Origin: an uncultured Chloroflexia bacterium
Lineage (GTDB): Bacteria > Chloroflexota > UBA6077 > JACCZL01
Direction: 5' to 3'
DNA length: 64,000 bases
Assembly (NCBI GenBank): GCA_963765765.1
Contig: CAVXYC010000019.1
Coordinates: 192,001 to 256,000, forward strand
A program made the translations under genes and the position numbers. This document shows, piece by piece, positions 21,956-32,803 of the stretch; the first letter of the stretch is position 1; every line of letters begins with the position of its first letter. The notes under the pieces were generated by a model. It was not told the DNA's origin. It searched no databases and saw nothing but the letters and a program-made list of their open reading frames with translations.

Positions 21956-22439
21956 CTCAGAGTGACGCCAGCAAATTGACCATCGACCACGCTGTCTGAT
22001 CGCGAGATTCAGATGACGCGCACGTTCAATGCGCCCCGCGAGCTCGTGTTTCGAGCCATGACCGAACCCGATCTCATGGCCCGCTGGTGGGGATCCCGCC
22101 GATCCACCACGGTAATCGAGAAGCTCGAGCTACGACCTGGTGGCCCGTACCGATTCCTCAGTCGCGGCGAAGACGGGACCGAGTACGCATTCCGCGGCGA
22201 GTTCCGGGAGGTCGTCCCGCCCGAGCGCTTCGTCTGGACATTTGAGTTCGAGGGCATGCCCGGCCACGTCTGCCGTGGACACGCATGACACTGAAGGAGC
22301 ATGACGGCCAGACCACCATCACCACCACAAGCCCTTCGACAGCAAGGAAGATCGCGACGGCATGCTCAGCTCCGGCATGGAAGAAGGCGCCGCCGAGTCC
22401 TACGACAAGCTGGACGAGCTGCTGGCCGAGCTGGGCTGA
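21952..22439 (+). CDS. SRPBCC family protein, several frameshifts
   Basis: [27 protein letters not shown] and [17 protein letters not shown] spread over frames. Confidence 0.85.
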
Positions 22440-22485
22440 CGCTACAGAGCCCTAGCCACAATTGCTGAGTGCAGCTCTCGAAAGC

Positions 22486-22571
22486 TGTCATCCGGAGCGC
22501 AGCGAAGGATCTTCCCGCCGGTGTCATGGGATCCCGGTGGGGAAGATCCTTCGCTGCGCTCCAGGATGACA
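22486..22571. repeat. GTCATCC-family palindromic repeat copy
   Basis: tgtcatccggagcgcagcgaaggatcttccc ... gggaagatccttcgctgcgctccaggatgaca. Confidence 0.88.
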
Positions 22572-22794
22572 ATCGCTGTCCTCGGGATGACAATGCCGTC
22601 TAAAACAGGCATGCCGCTAACGGGTATCGCCGATGGCATGTCCTGGCGTCCAACGCATGCGCATCTCAGGGTGGCCAGGATCTACATCGTAAGAGCTCAT
22701 TCGAGCTCGGCGGACGCCTGAAGCTGGGCACTCTCTCTAGGCCGCTGGCTACAATGCCGCCACCTCGTAGCGACACAAACCCGGGAGTGGACGC

Positions 22795-24160
22795 ATGTCA
22801 GACGCGGATCCCAAGGTCCCAGCCGTCGAGCTGGATGAGGAAGCCAGGCAGCTTCAGCTTGACCGGATTAAGGCTGAAGCGCGCAAGACGATCGCCGAGG
22901 CAAGCGATCACCACGGCAAGGCCATCACTCCCACTGTCGGCGACGATGCGCTCAGGAGCACCGTGGACTTAGGCGAAGGGACTGGCTCCACCCTCACCAC
23001 CATCGTTGCCTCCGAGCAGCTTTCCAGAGTGGCTCGCCGAATCGCCGAGGGCGTTGCGGCTGATGCTCGTGACGCACGCGTATTCATCATCGATGATCTG
23101 TCCATCGCGGATGACGATACCGTGTACCTCCTGGTCACCGATCGACCTCGAGTCTTTTCGGGAGGCCCTGGAGAAGGCCCGATCTCCGTTCGCAACACAT
23201 GAGGAGCGCCATGGATGCCTACGCACTTCCATGCCCCTGGCTGCGCTTCCTACCGTCATCCCCGGAAACCTCGTCATTGGTCTCCAGCATGGGCGGGTTC
23301 CTCAAGTCCGAAATATTCAGTGTCATCCACCAGGGTGGCAATAAGCCGCACCGCCTTGCTCGCCACGCTGTTGACGCAGCTTCGCAGGCAGGGAATCCAT
23401 GCGGAGCTTCCCGGACTGCGATTGATCAAAGCTTCCAAGCTCGTCGAATCTCTGCACACCCTGATTCGGATGCGATACGAGCTGGATAACTTGGTCGCGC
23501 GAGCGGAAGCCTATGAGCTCCAGCCGCGAGATCCAGGAGAGCGAGGCGCTCATCAAGTACATCGGCGACCTGCGCACCGCCCACGTCAAGCTGCTCTCTG
23601 AAGGCAAGCTCACCGAAGCCGAGAAGGTGAAAGAGATCATTGATAGGGAAGCAGTCGAGCTCGCGAATCTCACCGGGCAAGAGTCCTTCCAGAAGACTCG
23701 CGCGGCGGCGACCGCCAGGTCGCTCATCACCGCATTCGACGCCTTTCTCACCAGCATCAATACGGCGCCCCAGGGCGGTGGATTTACGCCCGCTCATGGG
23801 CGCCGTACTCGGAGAGCAGCTCCATCCCGGCGGTGACGAGACGTATCTGCTCTATGTGGAGGTGACAGCTGCGGGCGGTGAGGTGATCAATAAGCCCGGC
23901 CTCCGCGGGGAACGAGCCATTCACATCGTTCCTGGGCGCCGTGGAAGCGAGCTACATCCTGGCGTCACCCGACGGAACGATCAAATCGAGCGCACGAGTG
24001 ACCAGGTATGGCTCGGCCACATTCGACTTCAAGAAATGCGAGCTGGACCTGAAAGACCAGGCACGGCGGCCAACGTCGCCCGCAGGGCCCGCCACCCGCG
24101 TGATTCTCGCCTGTCGAAGGCGAAGACGGGACAGGCTGAGACGCCGTCCCACTGGAAGGC
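22795..24160 (+). CDS. Hypothetical helical/coiled-coil protein (~440 aa), multiply frameshifted
   Basis: Protein-like segments chain across ORFs 22795, 23006, 23199, 23215, 23513, 23640 and 23941; GGGAG RBS; end uncertain. Confidence 0.5.
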
Positions 24161-25036
24161 TCAGGACGACTCTTCCGCAAAATCAATCGGGGGCACCACC
24201 AATCCCGTAATCGCTCCGCCGCTGATTGTCATGCACGCCTGTACCTCGGGAATTGTCGCGAAGAAGCGCACTTGGACTTCGCTCGCGGACACGGTGCTGG
24301 CACTGTAGCCCGAGTTGGTTAGTTCCAGCACAATGTTGGCAATGCGCGTCACCGCGACATCGAGCTGATGCTCCACGGCTTCCTTGATCATTCGATCCAG
24401 CACCGCCGCGTGTAAGAGCACGTTGGCGCCGATATTCTGGGGTGGTCCTTGAAACTGCGCCAGCACAGGCAGCGCCGGCCGTCCGGGATCCAGGTTGCCA
24501 ACCAGACGCACGGCTCGTCGATAGGCGAAGGGCCTCCTCAGGAAGAAGAATACGCGTAGATTCCCGCGCACCGTGATGACGTAGTTACCGGCGTTGTCGC
24601 CAGACAGGTCCACGCGCGTGAACTCCAGCGGTGGGGCAGGTCCTGCAGGTGCTGCCCCACCAGCTCGGGCACGCCATCACTCCCGAGTCTGGTTCAGGCT
24701 GAAGCACGCGCCGCTGGCGAGCAATGACACTCGGCCCGTCGGCACAATCGGTGACGGCGGTGGAAACAGCTTCTCCCGCGGTCCCGATCGGAATACCGCG
24801 CCCGGCACGCTGGACTTCTGAATTCGAAATGCCCAGCGGAGCTGCGTTGGCAATGGCGGTACATCAAAGTGCGCCACGCCATTCACCACCGGAGCCCGCC
24901 CCAGGTCTTTGGCAATCCGCCCGTCCGTCTGGACCTGGAATAAATCGACGATCAAATCGTTCAACGGCACCGGCGGATCGCCCAGCGGCACGCTCGGATC
25001 CACCTGCTTCGCGGAAACCGGAATTTGGACGTTCAT
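24161..25036 (-). CDS. Hypothetical protein, probably one gene split near 24680
   Basis: ORFs 24677..25036 and 24161..24613 are collinear and protein-like. Confidence 0.5.
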
Positions 25037-25216
25037 CGGACAGATCCAGTGGAGAGGATTAGCTGCCGATTGCTCGGGACAAGCGGTCTACGGTCAAGTG
25101 TAGTCCCGAGCCTCGCGGGACGCGCGACACCAGAATGGACCGCTGTCGCACACTTCTTTCATTGTATCCGTTGACCCTTCTCTCGACGGCAGCGCTGTCC
25201 GAGATGATCAATCTAA

Positions 25217-25324
25217 TCTCTGTCGTCTTGTCATCCTGAGCCGCGAAGGATCTTCCGGCCGGCTCCATCAGACGCCGGTGGGAAAGATCCTTCGCCGCGG
25301 TTCAGGATGACAAGACGACAGAGA
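25217..25324. repeat. GTCATCC-family palindromic repeat copy with extended stem
   Basis: tctctgtcgtcttgtcatcctgag ... ttcaggatgacaagacgacagaga. Confidence 0.85.
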
Positions 25325-25499
25325 ATGTGACCGGAGCCACAGTCTCTAAAGCCCTGCCCCTTAGAACGACAGCCCCGGTGATCGGGAGCCCCCGCCGCGG
25401 CATAAACACCCCAGCGCGAAAAAATTCCCCGGTCTCCACAGGCCGACTGTTATGCTCAACTCTAATCGCGATCCCTCAACAGAAGGCAGCAACAGATAT

Positions 25500-25916
25500 A
25501 TGGCCGCACAAGCCGCCTACCACATCCAGCCCAACGCTCCCAACCTGCTCATCCGGACTCTCTGGTTCGTCTTAATCGGCTGGTGGCTCGGCGGAGTTCT
25601 CACCGCCATCGCCTGGTTTCTCTTCGTCACCATTATCGGTCTGCCGCTGGGCCTGTACATCGTCAATCGATTGCCCACCGCCATGACCCTCCGCCCTCAA
25701 GAACAGCAGTTCCGAGTGGAGAATGGCATCGCGGTCCAGGGCCAGGAGCAGTTGCCGTTTCTGTTGCGTGCCCTCTACTTCTTCCTGATCGGCTGGTGGC
25801 TCACGGGCGTATGGATGGCCGCCGCCTATGCCTGCCTGACCACCATCATCCTTCTCCCGGTCAGCTTCTGGATGTACAACCGCATCGGCGCGGTGACGAC
25901 GCTGTACCGGTCATAG
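25500..25916 (+). CDS. YccF-domain inner membrane protein, copy 1
   Basis: LWFVLIGWWLG ... TIIGLPLG unit occurring twice. Confidence 0.88.
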   Translation: MAAQAAYHIQPNAPNLLIRTLWFVLIGWWLGGVLTAIAWFLFVTIIGLPLGLYIVNRLPTAMTLRPQEQQFRVENGIAVQGQEQLPFLLRALYFFLIGWWLTGVWMAAAYACLTTIILLPVSFWMYNRIGAVTTLYRS

Positions 25917-26016
25917 CCCGAACGGGGTCCAGAGTGATCCCGGTCAGGCCCGGGACTGGACAGGCAGAGATGCCTCTCCCACCGGATCCGGATGACAAGC
26001 TACGAGCATCGCGGCG

Positions 26017-26445
26017 CTATTCAGACGGAAAGCGTCGCCTAAATTCCTGCGCCAGCGTTTCGCCGGCTGCCTCTACGAGCTTGCCTACTATTGGGTTGAC
26101 GATCACTCCCGTTACGGCTCCCGCGAGCGCGGGGACATTCTTGGCAAACCAGTTCCGCACGTACTCCATTGTGGTGAGGTCGGGCTTCTCCTCCGCCACG
26201 GCCTGCTGTAGCTCGTTCACTCGCTCCAGCGCCGCCCCCTGGAGCTCCGGTGGAGCCTCGACAGCGATCCGAGCACGGACGCCCTCGATGGCGCCGAGCA
26301 GCTCGTTCAACTCACTCTCGGTGACGCCGCTTGACGTCACCGTGGTCTGACTTTGACTGATGCCCTTGCCGATCGCTACCTGGCCACTGATGTCTCCGGT
26401 CACGGTTCCGTGGATGACATCGCCTTCTCGAGATTGTTCGCTCAT
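26017..26445 (-). CDS. Small helical protein with N-terminal GDISGQVAIGKGISQ motif (putative amyloid-motif effector/partner)
   Basis: Intact 142-aa ORF, AGGAGG RBS, 16 nt downstream of the STAND gene stop. Confidence 0.8.
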   Translation of the reverse strand: MSEQSREGDVIHGTVTGDISGQVAIGKGISQSQTTVTSSGVTESELNELLGAIEGVRARIAVEAPPELQGAALERVNELQQAVAEEKPDLTTMEYVRNWFAKNVPALAGAVTGVIVNPIVGKLVEAAGETLAQEFRRRFPSE

Positions 26446-26461
26446 GAGTCCTCCTGATGGG

Positions 26462-28863
26462 CTAGTTGATGATGACTCGACCGGGGGTTGGAGTGCGTGT
26501 CGGCGTCGGCTGAAGTACGCGTGTTGGTGTCGGCGTCGTCTGAGGTACGCGTGTTGGTGTTGGCGTCATCGTCCGCGTTGGTGTCGCCGTCGCCGCGGCG
26601 GGAAGCTCCACCTGGAGCGCCGCCGAGGTGTTGTTGGACTCGTCTCCTTCCTGCACGCGGCAGGTCGGCGGCTGAAACTCCTCGCCGGCACAGCTATCCG
26701 CGGTGATCTGGAGCGCAACCGATTGACCCGCCAGCGAGAGCGGCAGTACGATGGTGCCGGCAAACGAGACGGCGCTGCCGGCTGCCAGGGGGCCATCGGT
26801 GAACGGGTAGCTGGGGGAGCGCTGTCCGGGAACCACAAACGGCGCCTCGAAGGTATCGCGGCCGACGCTTCCGATCCGCCCGGTGAAGCTGGCTGAGAGC
26901 TTGAAGATTGGAGCGGGCTGTCCCCCCTGATTTCGAACATCGACACGAACCGGCACGAGGAGACGTTCATCCTGCTGCGTAAATCCGGGCGCCGCGCCAG
27001 ATGTAGGCCTGCCCGTGAGCTCGAATCGCTGGGCGATCACGTCAGGCGCCGCAACGCTGCTCGGCGAGACCGTCGGGCCCGCTCCGTCCCGCGTCGGTGA
27101 GGCCGTGGGCGTGCGTGGGGCTACGGCCGTAGTAGGTGTAGGGGTGGTGAGGCCGACCACAACGGCTACGGGCGTGCTGGAGGCGACGAGCGCCACGGCG
27201 CTGGGCGTTGTGGGCGGGGTTGGAGTGGGCACTATCGGATCAACGGGCGCGTCCGAAACGCCAGAGCGCCAGCGCCCCCACTCCGACGATGGCGGCCAGC
27301 CCGAGCAGCAGTTTGCTGGTGGTCCAATGCGCTTGCTGGCCGTTGGTCGGCGCCTGCGCTGGCGGGACGTCCAGTGCCAGCGTAAGGTTGTGGCGCGTGG
27401 CGGCCGCGCCGGCATCGTCACCCAGAGCCTCGCGCAGTCGAAGCGCGCTATCGAGGCTTGACTGCGCGGTGCCAACATCGTTCAGACAGAGCGCACGGGT
27501 GCCAAGCTGGTGCAGCGCCCAGGCTTCGGCCGCCTGATCGCCCACGGCGCGCGCCGACTCAAGCTGCCACCCCAGCACGCGGCTCCAGGCCCCCCAGGAG
27601 CCGGACAGCGCAAATGCTGCCTCGGCGTGGCGCGCAAGATCGAGCGTTTCGCTCGGCATATTCGCACCGGCGCCCCATTCCAGCATGCGCAGGATCGCAT
27701 CGCCGTTCGCCTGGATGTCAGATGGGGTGCGCGTCTCGTCTCTGGCCCAGCCGGTGATCTGGCTGAGTGTCTCCTGGGGCTGCGTGCTCGACGCAAGCAC
27801 GGCCGTCTCATACTCGGAGAAGCTGCCGGCCTGGCGATAGCCTCCCGCGTCCGCCTCCACCAGCCCGCGAGCGACAAGGGAGTCCAGCGCGGCCTGGGGT
27901 TCCAGGCCGGTCAACGGGCCCAGCATGTCTGCCGTGAGACGTATCCCCGCGGGAGCGGACAGCGCGCTCAGGACGCGGCGCTCGTCGGGCGGCAGCGCGG
28001 CCATTGCCAGCCCCGCCGGTGTCGTCGCGGAGCCGGCCGCCTGCATGCGCTGGAGCATCGCGGCCGCGGTGGTTTGCTCATCGCGCATCATCGCGGCCGC
28101 CTGCAGGATGCGCAGCGGGTGGCCGTCAAGCGCCAGGCACAGATCCCGCGCTGACGGGAGCTCATCGTCGCGCAGCTCGCGTCCCAGGCCGCGCTCCAGC
28201 AAGCGTAGTGCCGCGTCGATCGGCAGCCCATGAATGGGAATGGAACGACCTTCCCCCAGGAGCCTCGGGGCGGTGCCGGACAGGACTATCGAGCACGCTG
28301 GCGCCGCGTCCAGGAGCGCGTTCACGTCATCGTGCTCCAGCTCGCAATCGTCGATGACTAGTAGGAAGCGCTTTTCCTGGAGGGCCGAGCCGGAGCTCCG
28401 CAGCGCTCGGCTTGTACGGATTCGGAGACTCGTAGAACCCGTCGAACACCGTCTGGAGAAGATCGTCCACCGATCGCCCGGCCACCAGCGCCTGGCCCAG
28501 GCAGATGACGCCGTCCGAGTACGCGGGCAGCCCGGTCGCGTTTGCCAGGTGGCGCAGCAGGGCGCTCTTCCCGATCCCGGCCTCGCCAGTGAGCTCCACG
28601 GGCGCCAGCTCGCCCAGGCCCTCCAGAGCGCCCGCGAGCTCCGCCTCTCGATCCAGCAGGTCGCGGAACGGTCGGAACCGGAACGGCACCGGCGTGACGC
28701 GTGGCTTGGGTCGAGGCGCCTCAGCCGCCGGCCCCAGGTTCACCACGCCACCATGATTGGTGAGCTGCAGCGTCTGGACCTGGAAGATGTCTTTCCCGAC
28801 CGCGATCTGCCCGCTAACATCGCCGCGGATAACGGCATCGATCGTGTCAGATGTTCCTGACAT
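26462..28863 (-). CDS. Membrane-anchored STAND/NLR-like ATPase (N-terminal motif, P-loop, TPR, TM, CARDB, Pro/Thr tail); frameshifts near 28388 and 27265
   Basis: Walker A LTGEAGIGKS, Walker B FLLVIDD, TPR-like EAWALHQLG, TM LLLGLAAIVGVGALAL, CARDB-type VRNQGG and VQEGDESNN. Confidence 0.78.
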
Positions 28864-29157
28864 GGGCAGCGCCCTCTCATTGATCGGGGGAACTGTGCGA
28901 ATTCAGCCCCCGTAGTGCGCCGCGGATCGCTCAATGTGCGTCAGGATGCCGGGGGAGTCGCGCTAGCTCCAGTCTACGCGGCGCGTGGAATGACGTGAAG
29001 CCCCGTGTGGGTGAGCGCCAAGGGGCCGACTGCCTTCCGCTCTGACCCAGACGGAAATCATTGAAGCATCGATCAGGCAATTACGATTCCTTGCAGGCAC
29101 GAAGGCGCTACTATGCTCACTGAGTCCCCCGAAACAATTATTCGCAGGTGGCCAGAA

Positions 29158-29575
29158 ATGTCCGATCAGCCCTCCGTACGATATTCAACCCAGTGCCCCC
29201 AACATCATCATCCGCATCCTATGGTTCGTTCTCATTGGATGGTGGCTCGGGGCCATCGTCTCGGCGATCGCCTGGTTCCTGAACATCACGATCATCGGGC
29301 TCCCGCCGGGCCTCTATCTGATAAACCGACTCCCCACCATCATCACACTCCGCCCGCAAGAGCAGAACATCCGAGTGGAGCACGGTGTGGTCAAGCACGG
29401 CCAGGACCAGCAACCGTTCATGTTGCGCGCGCTCTACTTTGCGCTCGTCGGCTGGTGGCTCTCCGGCCTCTGGCTGGTCGCCGCCTACGCCGCCCTGATG
29501 ACCGTCATTTTGATCCCCGCCAGCTTCTGGATGTACAACCGCATCGGCGCGGTGACGACGCTCTATCGGTCGTAG
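29158..29575 (+). CDS. YccF-domain inner membrane protein, copy 2 (frameshift near 5' end)
   Basis: Paralogous to copy 1; ends SFWMYNRIGAVTTLYRS identically. Confidence 0.85.
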
Positions 29576-29624
29576 CCTGACTATGGTGAGACCTGCCGCT
29601 CACCATCTGGAACGGCAACGAAGG

Positions 29625-30810
29625 TCAGCTCACGTGAGCCGCTTGACCCTGGAGGAACTTCCAGCATCAGGCGGCTGACGGCCTCGGGCTGTTCCTGCTG
29701 GACCCAGTGCCCGGCTCCTTCCAGCAGGTGGATGCCCCGCAGATCGGTGCAGATCTGTGTCGCGCATCGCCTCCAGACGCCCGGCCCGCTGGTAGACGCC
29801 CCAGTCGCTCGTACCGCTGATGAACAACGAGGGCACGTCGATGGTGCGGTCGGAGTACACCCGCAGCTCAGCCGAATAGGCGGGGTCCGTTTGCAGGCGG
29901 TACGAATTGAGACCGCCCTGGAAGCCCGTGCGCGTGTACTCATCCGAGCACACGCGCAGCTCCTCCTCCGTGAGCCACTGATTCGCCGCGATCTCCTCGG
30001 GCGTGGGCATGTCCAGGGCCACGTTCTCCGGCATCGTCTTGTCGAGGTCCATGACGTAGTAGCGCGGCATCTTGGCGAGCTCGGTTGCGCTGAACGCCGT
30101 CAGCGGGTGCGGCGCGTTTCCCTTCCAGTCGGCGCTCTTCACGTGGTAGTAGGCGCGCAGGAAATCGTGGATGCCCTGCTTCGCACCCATCCACTCGTCG
30201 TTCGCTTCGCGTCGCGCGTTGTACCAGTGGTAGTGCTTGCGCGGTTGGGGCAGCGCCGCCAGGTCGTCGTGGACGCTCGGGCCCGCCGGGGCTGGGGCTT
30301 CGGCGGCTCGTTCGCGGTGTTGAACGGGAACGCTGGCGCGCCCTCGAACGGCGCCGTCATCAGCACCATCGAGCGAAACACGTCCGGTCGGATCAGCGTG
30401 GACCAGCCCGTGACTCCCGCGCCGAAGTCATGCCCCACAATCATCGCCACGTTGCGATACCCGAGCGCGTAGACCAGCCCGAGGGTATCGCGCACGCGCT
30501 CCATGGGCCGCCACGGCCAGAGGCTATCGTCAAAGGTGACGTCGGTGCCGCCCGAGCGACCGTAGCCGCGATGATCCGGTGCCACCACGTGGTAGCCGGC
30601 CTCGGCCAGCGGCAGCATCACCTTGCGCCAGCTATACGCCAGCTCCGGATAGCCGTGCATCAGGAGCACCAGTGGCCGCCCGGGCTCCTCGAAGCCGGCC
30701 TCCAGGATGTGCATGGTGATGCCGTTGTTGTTGTCCACGAAGCGGGAGCGAATCCCGACGGGGATGGTGGTCTGGCCGTAGGCGACGTCGCGGTTGATGG
30801 TTCCTGACAT
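29625..30810 (-). CDS. Alpha/beta hydrolase (epoxide hydrolase-like), several frameshifts
   Basis: LMHGYPELAYSW, GHDFGA nucleophile elbow, GAGHWVQQE. Confidence 0.88.
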
Positions 30811-31401
30811 GGTCCCCTCGTCGCGCGTAGAGCGTCCTGAAGATGCGCTCCCGATTATGGTGGCTACAGGTGTCTCCTGCACCGTGAGTGCGACGTACCG
30901 CCGCTCATTCGGTCCGACGATATCGAGCCGGCAACTCGTAGAGCGGGCATCCCTGCCCGCTGCGGCCGTCTCTCCCAATCTGCCCAGGCCAACGGTCTCG
31001 CGCCATCAACCAACACTGGGAGCGCCGCCGTTTCGGCGGCCCGGCCGTGGAGGCCGCGCTCTCAAAGACTCCTCATGACAGTTGCGGCTTCCGTGAAGGT
31101 GCGGCCTCGACGGCCGGGCCCGCCGGGGACAGCGGCGGTCCCAGTCTCAAGCAGGCGCACCCTCGGTCGCATTGCTATGCTCGATCATCGGTTCCTAGAG
31201 CAAATCGGATCTAGCACTCAGTCCGCCTACGTCCTTGAGCCGCGCGCCAAGATAGCCGCCACTTACGCCGGCCTCATGACCGTCGACCACATTCCAGTTG
31301 GCTTCAGTGCGATCGTCGCAAGACAAAGGCTGGCCCGTCGAATGAGTACAATCGCCACGGTCTTCTTAACTTATTGGCATTGAAACCGTCTGATTACATC
31401 C

Positions 31402-31929
31402 GTGGCTATTGAATATGCGGTTCTCCGCAAGGATAACCCTCGCTCGCCTGAGACTCTCGCCATAGTTGAACAGTTGGCGCAGCAGTTCCATGCATACTTA
31501 GCAGGTACCGAGATTCTAGCTGGAATAGCATCTGTACACAGGCTCGGCGCATCCAGTGTCGAGGTGCAGACCATCATCCAACCCGGCGCTGAAGCGCTGG
31601 GCTTTGTGTCAGAGAAGAGGGGGCTGTTTCTAGACTATCCCGTCGCTGCACTTAGACCTGACTACTTCCTGGCCGTACGGGACTCGGGAATAATCCTAGA
31701 GGTGGAGCGTGGGAAAACCACGATCAACAACATGGATATTCTCGATTTCTGGAAGTGTCATATTTGTGAGAGCGCGGACTACTTGTTTCTTCTCGTTCCC
31801 CAGCTTAGGACAACGCTGAATGGCCGAGTTGTCATGCGCCCATTCAACCACGTTTACAATCGGTTGAGCACTTTTTTCGCACCCAGGAACTACGTCAATG
31901 TTGAAGCAGTCTTCTTGTTCGGCTACTGA
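31402..31929 (+). CDS. Putative PD-(D/E)xK nuclease, restriction-endonuclease-like
   Basis: LRPDY ... ILEVERGK motif; more AT-rich than flanks. Confidence 0.6.
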   Translation: MAIEYAVLRKDNPRSPETLAIVEQLAQQFHAYLAGTEILAGIASVHRLGASSVEVQTIIQPGAEALGFVSEKRGLFLDYPVAALRPDYFLAVRDSGIILEVERGKTTINNMDILDFWKCHICESADYLFLLVPQLRTTLNGRVVMRPFNHVYNRLSTFFAPRNYVNVEAVFLFGY

Positions 31930-32011
31930 TGGGCCGAGTGACACTCGCTTTGCGAGACTGCGGGGCGCAGCTTCGCCGCCGAGCACTCTCACGCTGGTAG
32001 AATTCATACCA

Positions 32012-32189
32012 ATGGAAACCACCAAGCAGCGCGCCATTCAAGCCCTGAGCACGTTGCCTGACGATGCCACGATTGATGATGCGATCGATCAGCTGTGCTT
32101 CCTCGCAAAAGTGGACAAAGGCCTCCGCGACTCGGACAGCCGGGCAGCCGAGCTCTCATGAGGAGATTCGCGAACAGTTCCTGGCGTGA
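32012..32189 (+). CDS. Putative type II antitoxin (frameshift near 3' end)
   Basis: METTKQRAIQALSTLPDDATIDDAIDQLCFLAKVDKGLRD ... SHEEIRE; stop overlaps toxin start (GTGA). Confidence 0.75.
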
Positions 32190-32467
32190 GACGCCTGCGT
32201 TGGGCTGATCGGGGCCCGACGAGATCTCGGCGCGATTAGGGACTTCGTGAGCGGCGATTCATCCCAGTACGCTCCCTTATTCTGGCAAGGTTGATTGCGC
32301 GGGCGGTCCGAATTCCCCGAGGCTGGCAGGGTTGTCCCATCTCAGATCCCCAGATTCGCGAGATTATCGTTCGTCCATACTGCATCGTTTACCGTTTTGT
32401 CGGTGATGACGAGACCCATCTCATCACAGTGCACCACGGAGCCAGGCAGTTTCCCGAGACTCTCTAA
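32186..32467 (+). CDS. RelE/ParE family toxin, frameshifted or degraded
   Basis: Read across frames: LRWADR..RDLGAIRDFV ... FPEAGRVVP ... IREIIVRPYCIVYR ... VHHGARQ. Confidence 0.75.
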
Positions 32468-32582
32468 CTTGCCCTTCGGGATCTGCGCCGCAACCGTCGC
32501 TGACCTCATCCCCATAAGTCCGGTACTTTTCGCGCAATGCTGGACTCCAGTATCGACCCGCATGAGCTAGGGAGTCTCAGCC

Positions 32583-32745
32583 ATGGACCGCTCAACGCGT
32601 CTACGTTCTTCAGCCGTGCGGACCTAACCTGCTCAGAACCCTCTAGTTCGTTTTCATTGCCGGGTGGCTAGGCGGACTTGCTTCGGCTGTCATCTTGTTA
32701 CTGTTCATCACGATCATTGGTCTGCCGCTGGGCCTCTGTGCGACC
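32583..32745 (+). pseudogene. Truncated third YccF-like copy
   Basis: VLQPCGPNLLRTL*FVFIAGWLGGLASAVILLLFITIIGLPLGL: in-frame TAG replaces the Trp codon, then truncation. Confidence 0.75.
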
Positions 32746-32803
32746 TGGGCCAAAATCCTCGTCTAAATTCGCCCTCACTTCGGCCGCTTAACCAGCCCGC
32801 ACC

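Noticed and set aside
22366-22721. Short ORFs with SAAKDL/RSFAALRMT-type text (also 20050, 25059, 40397, 42026)
   Set aside because: They are translations of the palindromic repeats.
26480-26595. Tandem GTGTTGGTGTCGGCGTC-like repeats
   Set aside because: They encode the Pro/Thr tail (TPTPTRV) of the STAND protein and are not an independent array.
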